Source of the DNA: Candidatus Levyibacteriota bacterium
Lineage (GTDB): Bacteria > Patescibacteriota > Microgenomatia > Levybacterales > UBA12049
Assembly (NCBI GenBank): GCA_963722305.1
Contig: CAVRKE010000001.1
Coordinates: 567,549 to 608,320 of the forward strand
Reading direction: 5' to 3'
Length of the DNA: 40,772 nucleotides
The translations under genes were made by a program, and so were the position numbers. Below the pieces are notes generated by a model. That model worked only from the letters and a program-made list of their open reading frames with translations. It had not been told where the DNA came from and searched no databases. How positions within the stretch are numbered: position 1 is the stretch's first letter; each line of letters starts with the position of its first letter. This document shows positions 1 through 8,992 of the stretch, piece by piece.

Positions 1-15
1 CCGGTTCATTCTAGC

Positions 16-1095
16 ATGAAGTATGGAAAAAAGTTTCTCTTACTGCCACTTTTATTTGTAGGCATAGTTCTACTATTTTTAGCCTTTGGCTATGCGTCTT
101 TTGCCCAAACCCCTCCTACGGCTTATGATGTGACAGTTTCTCCGGTCTTCTTTGATTTAACGCTTAAGCCGGGAGATACCATTAGCAACAAAGTAAGGAT
201 TAGAAATAACACCAACTCTCCCCTGCCGATTAAACTGAGTGTGCAGAAGATGACCGGAGATGCCAATGGAAACTTAACCTTAAGAGATGATCCCAGTGAT
301 CCTGCCTTATCTTGGATTAAATTCACCAACCAAAGCTTTGTGGCTGCTCCTTTGGAATGGAGCGATGTTCCCTTTACCATCACTGTTCCCTCCGATGCGG
401 CTTATGGTTATTACTTTGCCATTAACTTTACCCAGGATAATAACTCACCCCTCAAAAGAAGCGGTGCTGCCATTACCGGAGCGGCAGCAGTCCCTGTGCT
501 GTTGGATGTAACAAAAGCAGGGGCAAAATTGGATGGCAAACTGCTCAGTCTTACTACCGATAACAGCTTTTATGAATACCCTCCGGTTAAATTCTTCACT
601 GTTTTTGAAAACAGCGGCAATGTCCATATTAGACCGACCGGCAATATCTTTATTAAAGATGTCTTCGGAAATCAGGTAGCAGTCCTGACCGTCAATGACA
701 CTCAGTCAGCAATCATTCCGGGCCTTAAAAAGACCTTTACTTCCGTTTGGGATGATGGCTTCATCACTGTTGAACCAAAACTGCAAGTTGACGGAACACC
801 CATCCTGGATAAAAACGGCAAAGCGGAGACCCAGCTTAATTTCAAATTTGACAAAATTCTTGATTTGAGGATCGGCCGCTACACCGCTTCCGAATTAATG
901 GTTATCAGTACTGCCGACCGAGATATTCCTTTTACCGCCGAAACCAGCTTTTTTGTATTTCCGTGGAAAGTTGTCGGCGGAGTAATTCTGTTTATTATCT
1001 TTGCCGGAATTGGTTTCTATAGCACAATTAAAAATGCCCTAAAAAGAATCCTCAAAATATTTGGGTTCGGAGAGAAAAAAGAAAGTGAAACTTAA
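16..1095 (+). CDS. Secreted, C-terminally membrane-anchored beta-rich surface protein (DUF916/DUF3324-like), paralog 1
   Basis: Complete ORF from ATG 16. It has an N-terminal signal peptide (LLLPLLFVGIVLLFLAFGYASFAQ), the motif NSGNVHIRPTGNIFI, and a C-terminal TM helix plus basic tail (VVGGVILFIIFAGIGFY..KRILK). The architecture resembles the DUF916/DUF3324 proteins of Firmicute WxL/Csc loci. The family call is inference; no HMM was run. Confidence 0.75.
   Translation: MKYGKKFLLLPLLFVGIVLLFLAFGYASFAQTPPTAYDVTVSPVFFDLTLKPGDTISNKVRIRNNTNSPLPIKLSVQKMTGDANGNLTLRDDPSDPALSWIKFTNQSFVAAPLEWSDVPFTITVPSDAAYGYYFAINFTQDNNSPLKRSGAAITGAAAVPVLLDVTKAGAKLDGKLLSLTTDNSFYEYPPVKFFTVFENSGNVHIRPTGNIFIKDVFGNQVAVLTVNDTQSAIIPGLKKTFTSVWDDGFITVEPKLQVDGTPILDKNGKAETQLNFKFDKILDLRIGRYTASELMVISTADRDIPFTAETSFFVFPWKVVGGVILFIIFAGIGFYSTIKNALKRILKIFGFGEKKESET
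100..511. repeat. 412-bp direct repeat, copy 1 (identical to 1160-1571)
   Basis: Base-by-base comparison at an offset of 1060 nt. Identity starts at 100/1160 and ends at 511/1571. The shadow ORFs 123-383/1183-1443 and 287-511/1347-1571 in the track translate identically. Confidence 0.95.
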
Positions 1096-2128
1096 ACTAT
1101 CTACGACGCTATGTCTAAGCCTGCTTTTATTTTCTGGGGTTTTGACTTTAAGTAAAGCCTTTGCCCAAACCCCTCCTACGGCTTATGATGTGACAGTTTC
1201 TCCGGTCTTCTTTGATTTAACGCTTAAGCCGGGAGATACCATTAGCAACAAAGTAAGGATTAGAAATAACACCAACTCTCCCCTGCCGATTAAACTGAGT
1301 GTGCAGAAGATGACCGGAGATGCCAATGGAAACTTAACCTTAAGAGATGATCCCAGTGATCCTGCCTTATCTTGGATTAAATTCACCAACCAAAGCTTTG
1401 TGGCTGCTCCTTTGGAATGGAGCGATGTTCCCTTTACCATCACTGTTCCCTCCGATGCGGCTTATGGTTATTACTTTGCCATTAACTTTACCCAGGATAA
1501 TAACTCACCCCTCAAAAGAAGCGGTGCTGCCATTACCGGAGCGGCAGCAGTCCCTGTGCTGTTGGATGTAAGAAGAGAGGGAGCAAAAGCCGAGGCTAAA
1601 ATTCTTAATTTCAACGTTAACAATTATATCAACGAATATTTACCGGTAGACTTTTCGGTTAAAGTCCAGAGCCAGGGCAATATCCACGTTGCTCCATACG
1701 GAAACATTTTCATCGGTGCAGATAATCATCAATTGGCTTCATTAGAGGTTAACCCCGGGCAAGGTAATATCATCCCGGGAACCAATAAAACCTTTACCGC
1801 CAGTTGGGACGACGGATTTTTGGTCAAAGAAGGAGTTTTGGAAAACGGTCAGCCAAAATTGGATAAAAACGGCAAACCGGTCGAGAAAGTTACGATTAAT
1901 TGGAATGCAGTCACCAGTTTCCGCATCGGCAAATACACCGCTAACCTCTTACTTGTTTACGATAATGGCACCCGGGATATTCCCATGGAAGCAAAAATTG
2001 ACTTTTGGGTAATCCCGTATAAGCTCATCGGCTTTACTTTAGGAGCTTTAGTGGTAATTATCCTATTAGTGAGATTTTTGCTGAAATTCTACATTAACCG
2101 CGAAGTCCGAAAAAGGCTGCAGAAATAA
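1085..2128 (+). CDS. Secreted, C-terminally anchored surface protein (DUF916/DUF3324-like), paralog 2
   Basis: The track ORF 1061-2128 begins at TTG. An in-frame GTG at 1085 gives a normal signal peptide (VKLKLSTTLCLSLLLFSGVLTLSKAFAQ), so the start is uncertain between 1061 and 1085. The N-terminal domain is identical to paralog 1. The C-terminal half is diverged but homologous (SQGNIHVAPYGNIFI, TFTASWDDGF, RIGKYTA), followed by a TM helix plus basic tail. Confidence 0.75.
   Translation: MKLKLSTTLCLSLLLFSGVLTLSKAFAQTPPTAYDVTVSPVFFDLTLKPGDTISNKVRIRNNTNSPLPIKLSVQKMTGDANGNLTLRDDPSDPALSWIKFTNQSFVAAPLEWSDVPFTITVPSDAAYGYYFAINFTQDNNSPLKRSGAAITGAAAVPVLLDVRREGAKAEAKILNFNVNNYINEYLPVDFSVKVQSQGNIHVAPYGNIFIGADNHQLASLEVNPGQGNIIPGTNKTFTASWDDGFLVKEGVLENGQPKLDKNGKPVEKVTINWNAVTSFRIGKYTANLLLVYDNGTRDIPMEAKIDFWVIPYKLIGFTLGALVVIILLVRFLLKFYINREVRKRLQK
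1160..1571. repeat. 412-bp direct repeat, copy 2 (identical to 100-511)
   Basis: See copy 1. Confidence 0.95.
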
Positions 2129-2728
2129 CTACTCTTTAAACTGCAGTGTGGAGATTATATTGTCAAACAAATTTGCCACTTCTTTAGAATCATTGCCGGT
2201 CACTGCAATGGTGTAAGTCTTGCCGTTAACGATAAAAAAGCCGGTTTTCTCAGCCGATTGAACGTCAATCCTGACAAAAGCTAACCCCTTTTGCCCATCG
2301 GCCAGTATGTCCGATTGCTCATATCCGCGCGTTTTATCTTCTCTTAGTCTGACTGAGGGTATATCCTCCAAGGTCAGCAGGTTGGGCGGATTTTGAACGA
2401 CACTATAATTAAAAATCAGGCGCGGAGCGGCTATGTCAAAAGAGAAACTTTCAACTTCAGCTTTATTCGCAAGCTCAGCAGGATCTTTATAGGTATAGAT
2501 TTTGGCCATCGCCGGATACAGAAAGCTGGTATATTTACCCTGGTACAAAACATTGCCTGTCGGAGGATTTTTGACGTCCAAATTGGGCTTGCGCCCCAGA
2601 ATTTGCGCTAAAGCCGCCTGTTCCTCTGCCTTCGACAGTGGTTTTGAAGTCCTGTTTAAGATTAAAAACGCCGAAAGCAAAGCAAGCAATACAACTAGCG
2701 CAACTAAGAGATAAATAACTTTTCGCAT
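2129..2728 (-). CDS. Hypothetical N-terminally membrane-anchored protein
   Basis: 199-aa ORF with one N-terminal TM helix (VIYLLVALVVLLALLSAFLIL). I recognise no motif. It fills the gap between flanking genes exactly. Confidence 0.55.
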   Translation of the reverse strand: MRKVIYLLVALVVLLALLSAFLILNRTSKPLSKAEEQAALAQILGRKPNLDVKNPPTGNVLYQGKYTSFLYPAMAKIYTYKDPAELANKAEVESFSFDIAAPRLIFNYSVVQNPPNLLTLEDIPSVRLREDKTRGYEQSDILADGQKGLAFVRIDVQSAEKTGFFIVNGKTYTIAVTGNDSKEVANLFDNIISTLQFKE

Positions 2729-2835
2729 AACTTTATGATAGCAGATTTACCCTGTTAAATCCGCAAAGCGGTGTGCAGCCCAGTCTGACTCGGCGCAGCA
2801 ATTTAACAGGGTTAACAACTAACGAATCATCTGGT

Positions 2836-3804
2836 ATGATTAACATGGAATTTAAAATACTACAAATGTCAAATACTACAAATAACAAAATATGGAAATA
2901 TTGGTACCTATTGGTAGTATTGGTAATATTGGTAGTATTTCCGGCGCGCGCCCATGCCCAAACCCAACCCGGCATCACCGTTATTCCTTCAATTATGCAT
3001 CTTGATCTTGCCACCGACCCAGCGGAATACACGCTCACCTACATTAACAACACCAGCGCCGATATTAATCTGTCGCTAAGCGTTCAGGATTTTACCGAAC
3101 TCGAAGACAGCTATAAAATCTCTTTTTTGAGCGGGCAAGACGCCGCCAACTATAAATATTCTCTATCTTCATGGATTTCGTTTGAAACTAAAAGCCTCGA
3201 GCTTAATCCGGGCGAAAAAAAGGGCATCAAAGTATTTATTGACAAAAACCGCATCACCAAAGGCGGGCATTACGCCAGCATCTTAGCTGAAATCGAACAA
3301 CCGACAGTTAAAGGCCAAGTCGCTGTTAAGGCTATCCTTTCGAGCCTGTTGTTTGTCAGGGCGTCTACCGGACAAGAGATTGAAGATGGTAAAATTGACA
3401 GTTTTGGGCCTTTAAGAGACGGCATCGATTACCCGGATACATATTTAGCCAGATTTGAAAATGACGGCAACGTCTTCGTTGCTCCGCACGGGCAAATTCG
3501 GGTTTTTGATCCGTTGGGAAATTTGGTCGCCAGAGGTGCTTTTAATGTCGACTCGCTTGATGCTCTTCCCGAAAGCATCAGGAACTATCAAACTACAGTG
3601 GTCACTTACCAAAAGATTCTCCTGCCGGGCATTTATACCGCTAAAATTGACTTAACTTTTGGCAAGACTCAGCAGAAGGCAACAGTTACCGTGAAGTTTT
3701 TCTCCCAAGGAATGTTTAATTTCGGCAAAATCGCAATTACTCTGGTTATAATTCTACTTGTTGGGCTCTATTTGCGCAAAAGACTGAAAACAAAAGCCTC
3801 CTAG
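2836..3804 (+). CDS. Secreted, C-terminally anchored surface protein (DUF916/DUF3324-like), paralog 3
   Basis: The track ORF 2773-3804 begins at GTG. In-frame ATGs lie at 2836, 2845 and 2866 before the hydrophobic signal (WYLLVVLVILVVFPARAHAQ), so the start is uncertain. Motifs KGGHYASILAE and NDGNVFVAPHGQIRVF are present, with a C-terminal TM helix plus RKRLKTK tail. Confidence 0.7.
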   Translation: MINMEFKILQMSNTTNNKIWKYWYLLVVLVILVVFPARAHAQTQPGITVIPSIMHLDLATDPAEYTLTYINNTSADINLSLSVQDFTELEDSYKISFLSGQDAANYKYSLSSWISFETKSLELNPGEKKGIKVFIDKNRITKGGHYASILAEIEQPTVKGQVAVKAILSSLLFVRASTGQEIEDGKIDSFGPLRDGIDYPDTYLARFENDGNVFVAPHGQIRVFDPLGNLVARGAFNVDSLDALPESIRNYQTTVVTYQKILLPGIYTAKIDLTFGKTQQKATVTVKFFSQGMFNFGKIAITLVIILLVGLYLRKRLKTKAS

Positions 3805-3966
3805 CGCGCGAAAAGCTGTCGACTGACAAAATTCAAGATTTATCATCAGAAAGCATCTAACTATATCAGCTGTTTGTTAGTTTTGCGGGTTCTTGCCCTT
3901 CAGAAAAATTTTCTTTATCACTCGCTGGGAATGACTGATAAATATCAGTGCTTGAAAGCGGAATTT

Positions 3967-4842
3967 CTATACAGATTTTCCGTAAGCTGCCCGGTGGACG
4001 GTGCGGATTTTCTCCTCATCCGGACTGTCGAAGTGTTCTTTGATAAAAGCGATTGTTTCTTTGGGGTCTTGGGTATTGACCGAAATCCCCGTTCCGATTT
4101 CAAACCCGCCCAAATTTTTAACCCTCGGCACAATTCTTAAATACCAGTTCTTGAAGGGTGAAATATAAAAGTTAAATGGAAACTCATGACCGTGGCGAAG
4201 GTCGAAAATTTGGATTAAACGGTATAAAGCTTTTGCCAAATCCTTTATCTCTTCATCGCTAATTTCGGAATATAACAAACCATCTCTTTTTGGCACAATC
4301 CATACTTCATCCGGCCATTCACTGGTTAACGGAGAAAAAATTAATAAGCTGGCCGTTTCCTTAAATTCTTCCTTTTTCTTTGAGAAATCAAGCGGCACAA
4401 TGCCTAATTTGACAAACTCGGGCACAACCGCCAGTTGGCTATGCGGGTGCGGCAGACTTTCTCCCCCCGCTTCCCCGTGGTTTTGGAAAATAAAAACTTG
4501 ACCTTTATCCTGATGGGTTTGGAAGCGCTGTCGGTAGGCCTGAAGGATTAATTCCGACTGGGAAAGCGGCAGCTCGTCAAAATTCTTGTGGTGGTCCGGC
4601 GAGTGGACAATCACCTCGTGAATTGGCGCAAACGGAAACTTGTTATTAATTACCCTCACCAGCCAATTCTGGTCATTGGCTTTTCCGCCAATCCGGTAAA
4701 CCTCTTTTTCTTTTAATTCATTGCCAACACAAAAAGGACAGGTCGGCTCTTGGCCCTTGGCAATGTCTGGACGCTTTGCGCGCCTTGGAGCAGAAATAAC
4801 CCATTTTTTAGAAAGCAAGTTTTGGACAAATTTAAAATCCAT
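3967..4842 (-). CDS. galT: Galactose-1-phosphate uridylyltransferase-like (HIT superfamily, GalT type)
   Basis: It carries the zinc motif CPFC and the active-site HPHSQ (GalT H-x-H-x-Q). The track ORF runs to 4986, but the region upstream of Met49 (ATG 4842, MDFKFVQNLL) looks non-protein-like, so I chose the internal start. Confidence 0.7.
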   Translation of the reverse strand: MDFKFVQNLLSKKWVISAPRRAKRPDIAKGQEPTCPFCVGNELKEKEVYRIGGKANDQNWLVRVINNKFPFAPIHEVIVHSPDHHKNFDELPLSQSELILQAYRQRFQTHQDKGQVFIFQNHGEAGGESLPHPHSQLAVVPEFVKLGIVPLDFSKKKEEFKETASLLIFSPLTSEWPDEVWIVPKRDGLLYSEISDEEIKDLAKALYRLIQIFDLRHGHEFPFNFYISPFKNWYLRIVPRVKNLGGFEIGTGISVNTQDPKETIAFIKEHFDSPDEEKIRTVHRAAYGKSV

Positions 4843-5404
4843 AAGCCTATTTATATTTAACAACAATTGTGGCATCGGATGCAAGTGCGTACGGATCATG
4901 GCTATAGTAAAAATTAAATTTTCACTATAGCCGCCGAAGAAACTGAGGTGGTCATAACAAATGTTTTTTGTTATGACCATTACCATGATTAAGGAAAATG
5001 AAAACCCGTGCTTGTGAAAAATTGATTAAATTGATTATCGAAAATAAGTAGAATATTCAGCTTTAGCCTTAAACGCGAGCTGAAAGACTAAATAGTGATT
5101 TTTATAGGATTTTAGCATGGCTAATTTAGCAATTAAATTAATTAAGTGCTATCTTCCAAAAAATGAAGTTTAGATTGCTTTGGAAGGCCTTTGTAAATTG
5201 AGGAACCGACCGATACAAATTTTGAATGATATTTCGAACCTATTCCTATCGGACCTTATTTACCTCATCTTTCTGCCTGAAAAAATAAAAAACTGTCCGT
5301 ATTTTTGTTTCGGTAATTACTCGGTAATAATTAAATTTAGCCTCGAATTTCTACTATCTAGAATATTACTCGAACCTCTAACCTGCCAGACAGGCGTAAT
5401 TACT

Positions 5405-6547
5405 TTAGGTCTTTTTTGAGTTTTCCAAGACTTGTTTATACACATTTTCATACCCTCCAACCATTTTTTCAACAGTGAAATTTTCTTCAACATGTCTTCG
5501 GCAATTTTTTCGAATTTGCAAATATTCTGCCGGCGGCATGGCATAAATTTTTTCAACCGCTTCGCATAATCCCTCTATACCGGTTTTTTTAATAATCCAC
5601 TCCCCTCTTTTGTCTTCATCACTTGAATTCACTATGAATCCCGTTATTCCATCCCTAATAATTTCCGGCACCGCTCCTCGGGCAAAAGCGATTACCGGCG
5701 TCCCACAAGCCATCGCTTCAATCAGAACCAACCCAAACGGCTCCTCCCATTGAATCGGGAAGAGAAAAGCTTTCGCATTCTGGCAGTAATTAATTACCTC
5801 ATCCATACTCAGATGGCCGTGATATTTAATGAGTGAGTTGTCAATCTGGGGTTTAATTCTTTCTTTCCAAAACTCGCTAGCTTCATCGGCGCTTCCAAGT
5901 AGATCAATTCCCAGATTAAGCTTTTGAGCAACGGCAATGCTTTCCTCAATCCCTTTCTCAGGTACAATTCTTCCGATAAATAAGATGTCATTGTTCTTTG
6001 GATTTTCGCTTAAGCTAATAGTTGAAGTATCTATACCATGGTAAATTGTCTGAACATATTGCAAGTCGGGAAGAGGCTTTCTCTGCGCATCGCTAATAGA
6101 AACAAAATATTGTGAATGCTTAAAATGGGAGAGTATATCTGTTCTAATTTGATTCAATGGACTATGCAATGTCGATACCATAGGAGTAGATACTAATGGT
6201 GCATAATATGCACTTCTTGTATCAAAAATCGAATGGATAATATCAAAACGATTTTCTTTTGCCATTGCAAAACATTTAGAAATTAACAAATGTTCGTATT
6301 CGATATGTTTGCCTTTCTCAATATTGGGGTTCAGTCCGGTGGCGTGCTCGGTCACCGCAACAAGGGAAGCGGTGGTTTGTGAATCGCCCGAGGCAAACAA
6401 GGTAACCTCATGCCCTCTTCTGACCATTTCTTCGGTTATAACAGACATTATCTTTTCCGGAGCGCCTGAATCACCCTGTGGAACATCCTCGGGAAGAGGC
6501 GGAAGCTTAATATAGTTAGATGCAAGAATTGCGATGCGTAATTTCAT
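5405..6547 (-). CDS. Glycosyltransferase family 4 (GT-B fold)
   Basis: Typical GT4 C-terminal core (EEPFGLVLIEAMACGTPVIA, GITGFIV). It is a tandem paralog of the next gene; the C-terminal ~60 aa are nearly colinear. Confidence 0.8.
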   Translation of the reverse strand: MKLRIAILASNYIKLPPLPEDVPQGDSGAPEKIMSVITEEMVRRGHEVTLFASGDSQTTASLVAVTEHATGLNPNIEKGKHIEYEHLLISKCFAMAKENRFDIIHSIFDTRSAYYAPLVSTPMVSTLHSPLNQIRTDILSHFKHSQYFVSISDAQRKPLPDLQYVQTIYHGIDTSTISLSENPKNNDILFIGRIVPEKGIEESIAVAQKLNLGIDLLGSADEASEFWKERIKPQIDNSLIKYHGHLSMDEVINYCQNAKAFLFPIQWEEPFGLVLIEAMACGTPVIAFARGAVPEIIRDGITGFIVNSSDEDKRGEWIIKKTGIEGLCEAVEKIYAMPPAEYLQIRKNCRRHVEENFTVEKMVGGYENVYKQVLENSKKT

Positions 6548-7665
6548 TTTGTTAGTATTTTTTCATAAACCTTTTCATATTCTTCTACCATTTTTACGCT
6601 GGTAAAGTGTTTTTCTACATGTTCGCGGCAGTTCTTGCGCATTTCCCTATACTGTTCTTCTGGCATAGCATAAATCCGTTCCACAGCCTCACATAAGCCT
6701 TCGACTCCGGTCTTTTTGATAAGCCAGTCACCGCGAATATATTCATCAGATTGGTTTACCAAAAATCCGGTTTCACCATCTTTAATGATTTCCGGTGACG
6801 ACCCCCGGGAAAATGTAATAACAGGCGCGCCGCAGGCCATCGCTTCAACAAACATTAATCCGAATGGTTCTTCCCACATAACCGGCACTAATAACGCCCG
6901 TGCGTGTTGGTATTGCTTGTCTTTTTCGGCTTGCGTAACTTCACCTATAAAAGTAATTAATTTGTCATCTATATATGGCTTGGCCTGATTGAAATAATTT
7001 TGATCAACCAGATCAACTTTGGCTGCGATTCTTAACGGTTTCCGGGTCTTATTCGCAACCTGAATTGCCTCTAGGCCGCCTTTTTCATGGCTGAATCGGG
7101 CGAAAAAGAGCAAATAATCATCTTCTGTAGTTACATCACCGTAAAATGGAAAACGGCTCATGTCAATACCGTTGTAAATGGTTGTAATAAAGTTTAATTC
7201 GGGCAAGTCGTTACGTTGATTATTTGAAATAGAAACATAAGGGTAATTCTTATATTGCTTAAAAATAAATGCCTGGGAAGGAATAGACAACGGCATATGC
7301 TGCGTTGTCAGAATTGGGTCTGTAAGCAGTGGCGAGGCTGTTAAAAACCGCCAACCGCAGTGATTGTGAATAATGTCATATTTCTTGCTGTGTAATTGCT
7401 GGGCGGTTTTCCCTAAGTAGTAAAGCTTCGCGGCCTCCCTCATGTTGTTTTCAGAGCCTAAAACAAGATCTTTCCGTAAACTCTCAGGAGCGGTGGGAAG
7501 AAGATTATACTCTGTTTGCTGTAAAGAATCCCCCGTAGCATAAAGGTCAACACTATGTCCTTTTTTCCCTAATCCATGAGCCAATTCGTAGATAATCCAT
7601 TCAATTCCGCCATACAGAATTGGCGGTATTGATTCTTCAAATGGAGCCACGAGGGCAATCTTCAT
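6544..7665 (-). CDS. Glycosyltransferase family 4 (GT-B fold)
   Basis: Contains EEPFGLMFVEAMACGAPVIT and GETGFLV. There is a 4-nt stop/start overlap with both neighbours, consistent with an operon. Confidence 0.8.
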   Translation of the reverse strand: MKIALVAPFEESIPPILYGGIEWIIYELAHGLGKKGHSVDLYATGDSLQQTEYNLLPTAPESLRKDLVLGSENNMREAAKLYYLGKTAQQLHSKKYDIIHNHCGWRFLTASPLLTDPILTTQHMPLSIPSQAFIFKQYKNYPYVSISNNQRNDLPELNFITTIYNGIDMSRFPFYGDVTTEDDYLLFFARFSHEKGGLEAIQVANKTRKPLRIAAKVDLVDQNYFNQAKPYIDDKLITFIGEVTQAEKDKQYQHARALLVPVMWEEPFGLMFVEAMACGAPVITFSRGSSPEIIKDGETGFLVNQSDEYIRGDWLIKKTGVEGLCEAVERIYAMPEEQYREMRKNCREHVEKHFTSVKMVEEYEKVYEKILTK

Positions 7666-8954
7666 ACAAGACCAGTATAGAGCTTTATGAACTTTTCTAC
7701 AATCTTATCCCAACTGTAGTGCTCTTTAATCGTAAAGGCGGCGTTTTCCGACACTTTCTTCCTTAACTTTTGATCTTTTAAAAGTTGCAATATTTTTTGC
7801 CCCAATAGCTTTCGGTCGTGAGTATCTATAACAAACCCATTCAAACCATCAATTATTACCTCTCTACTTCCGGCAATTGACGAAACAATCGGCACTGTCC
7901 CGCAGGCCATTGCTTCCAGCGTCGTTAAGCCAAACGGTTCGTACCGGCCGGCCAGCACAAAAATATCCGATTGCCTGTAATAGGCCGACAAAACTGTTTC
8001 GTGTGGGACATAACCTATCGTCGTGACCATTCTCTCCATTCTGTGTTTTTTAATCAGCTCTTTAATCTGAATTTCTGTCTCTATTTCCTCTTTAGAGCGT
8101 GTTTCCGGCGATTCAACCGTTTCTCCGGCAATGTAGAGGTGAAAATCTACGCTGTTTTTAATCGTAGCCAGGGCGTCGATAATTCTGTCCAGGCCCTTGG
8201 CCGGAACCATCCGTGAAACAGTCAAAATAACGTTCTTCCCCAAATTCAGCTTTGCATCTTCCTCTGTTTCTTTGGTATTAAAGATTTCTGTTTCGGTCCC
8301 CGGATAAATTACCACTAATTTCTCAAAGTCAACCAGGTAATGCTGCAAAATCTGGATTCTGGTGGTTTCGCAAATGCCGACAATCGCATCCGCACTGTTC
8401 ATGATTTTTTGCTCAATCGCAATTCGGACATGATAACGGTAAACGGGTTTTAACTGTTTGAGAGGCATTTCTTCAATCTGCTCCTGCATTTCAATTTTCT
8501 TGAGTTTTCCCAACGAATGAGGCGTATAAACATGCGGAATATCGAGCATTTTTGCGAGCAAATGGCCGGCATATCCTCCATCCCAGTAATGGGAATGGAT
8601 AACGTCATATTCTTTCTTGCTTTTCCCAATATAGTGCATGATGTTTTCCACAAACTCAGGCATGACTTCATACATTTTTTCCTTTTGCAAAAACCCGTCC
8701 GGCCCACAGGGAATTCTAATGATTTTTACGTTCGGGAAGATTTGCTCTTCAGATGGCAGATCGTTGAATTTACGGGTAAAAATGTCTACCTTGATGTTTT
8801 TCTTGCCTAGTGCTTTAGCCAACTGTAAAACGTAAATTGTTTGGCCTCCGGTATCGGTTTTTCCAAGCGGAGCCGGATACTCAAAGTAGCCTTGCGGATT
8901 AACCATGCAGACCCTTCTGATTTTCTTGTTCGTCTGTTTATTATTTAAAGCCAT
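7662..8954 (-). CDS. Glycosyltransferase family 4, sucrose-phosphate-synthase-like
   Basis: It has the N-terminal TDTGGQTIYVLQLAKALG motif (the DTGGQ box of SPS-like GT4 enzymes) and the C-terminal YEPFGLTTLEAMACGTVPI. The substrate cannot be inferred. Confidence 0.75.
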   Translation of the reverse strand: MALNNKQTNKKIRRVCMVNPQGYFEYPAPLGKTDTGGQTIYVLQLAKALGKKNIKVDIFTRKFNDLPSEEQIFPNVKIIRIPCGPDGFLQKEKMYEVMPEFVENIMHYIGKSKKEYDVIHSHYWDGGYAGHLLAKMLDIPHVYTPHSLGKLKKIEMQEQIEEMPLKQLKPVYRYHVRIAIEQKIMNSADAIVGICETTRIQILQHYLVDFEKLVVIYPGTETEIFNTKETEEDAKLNLGKNVILTVSRMVPAKGLDRIIDALATIKNSVDFHLYIAGETVESPETRSKEEIETEIQIKELIKKHRMERMVTTIGYVPHETVLSAYYRQSDIFVLAGRYEPFGLTTLEAMACGTVPIVSSIAGSREVIIDGLNGFVIDTHDRKLLGQKILQLLKDQKLRKKVSENAAFTIKEHYSWDKIVEKFIKLYTGLV

Positions 8955-8992
8955 AAAGCATATTCTACATCTTTAATAAAGGTTTGTAAAAC

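Noticed and set aside
4843-4986. N-terminal 48-codon extension of the GalT-like ORF
   Set aside because: The extension (MVMVITKNICYDHLSFFGG...) has no counterpart in GalT-family N-termini as I know them. An ATG at 4842 precedes the conserved core, so the extension is treated as upstream non-coding sequence.
5360-5405. tRNA-like fragment on the minus strand (GGTTCGAG T-loop-like word and CCTG/CAGG hairpin) just downstream of the GT4 gene
   Set aside because: I could not build acceptor, D or complementary T stems. Only a 4-bp hairpin is present, so this is probably chance or at most a decayed remnant.
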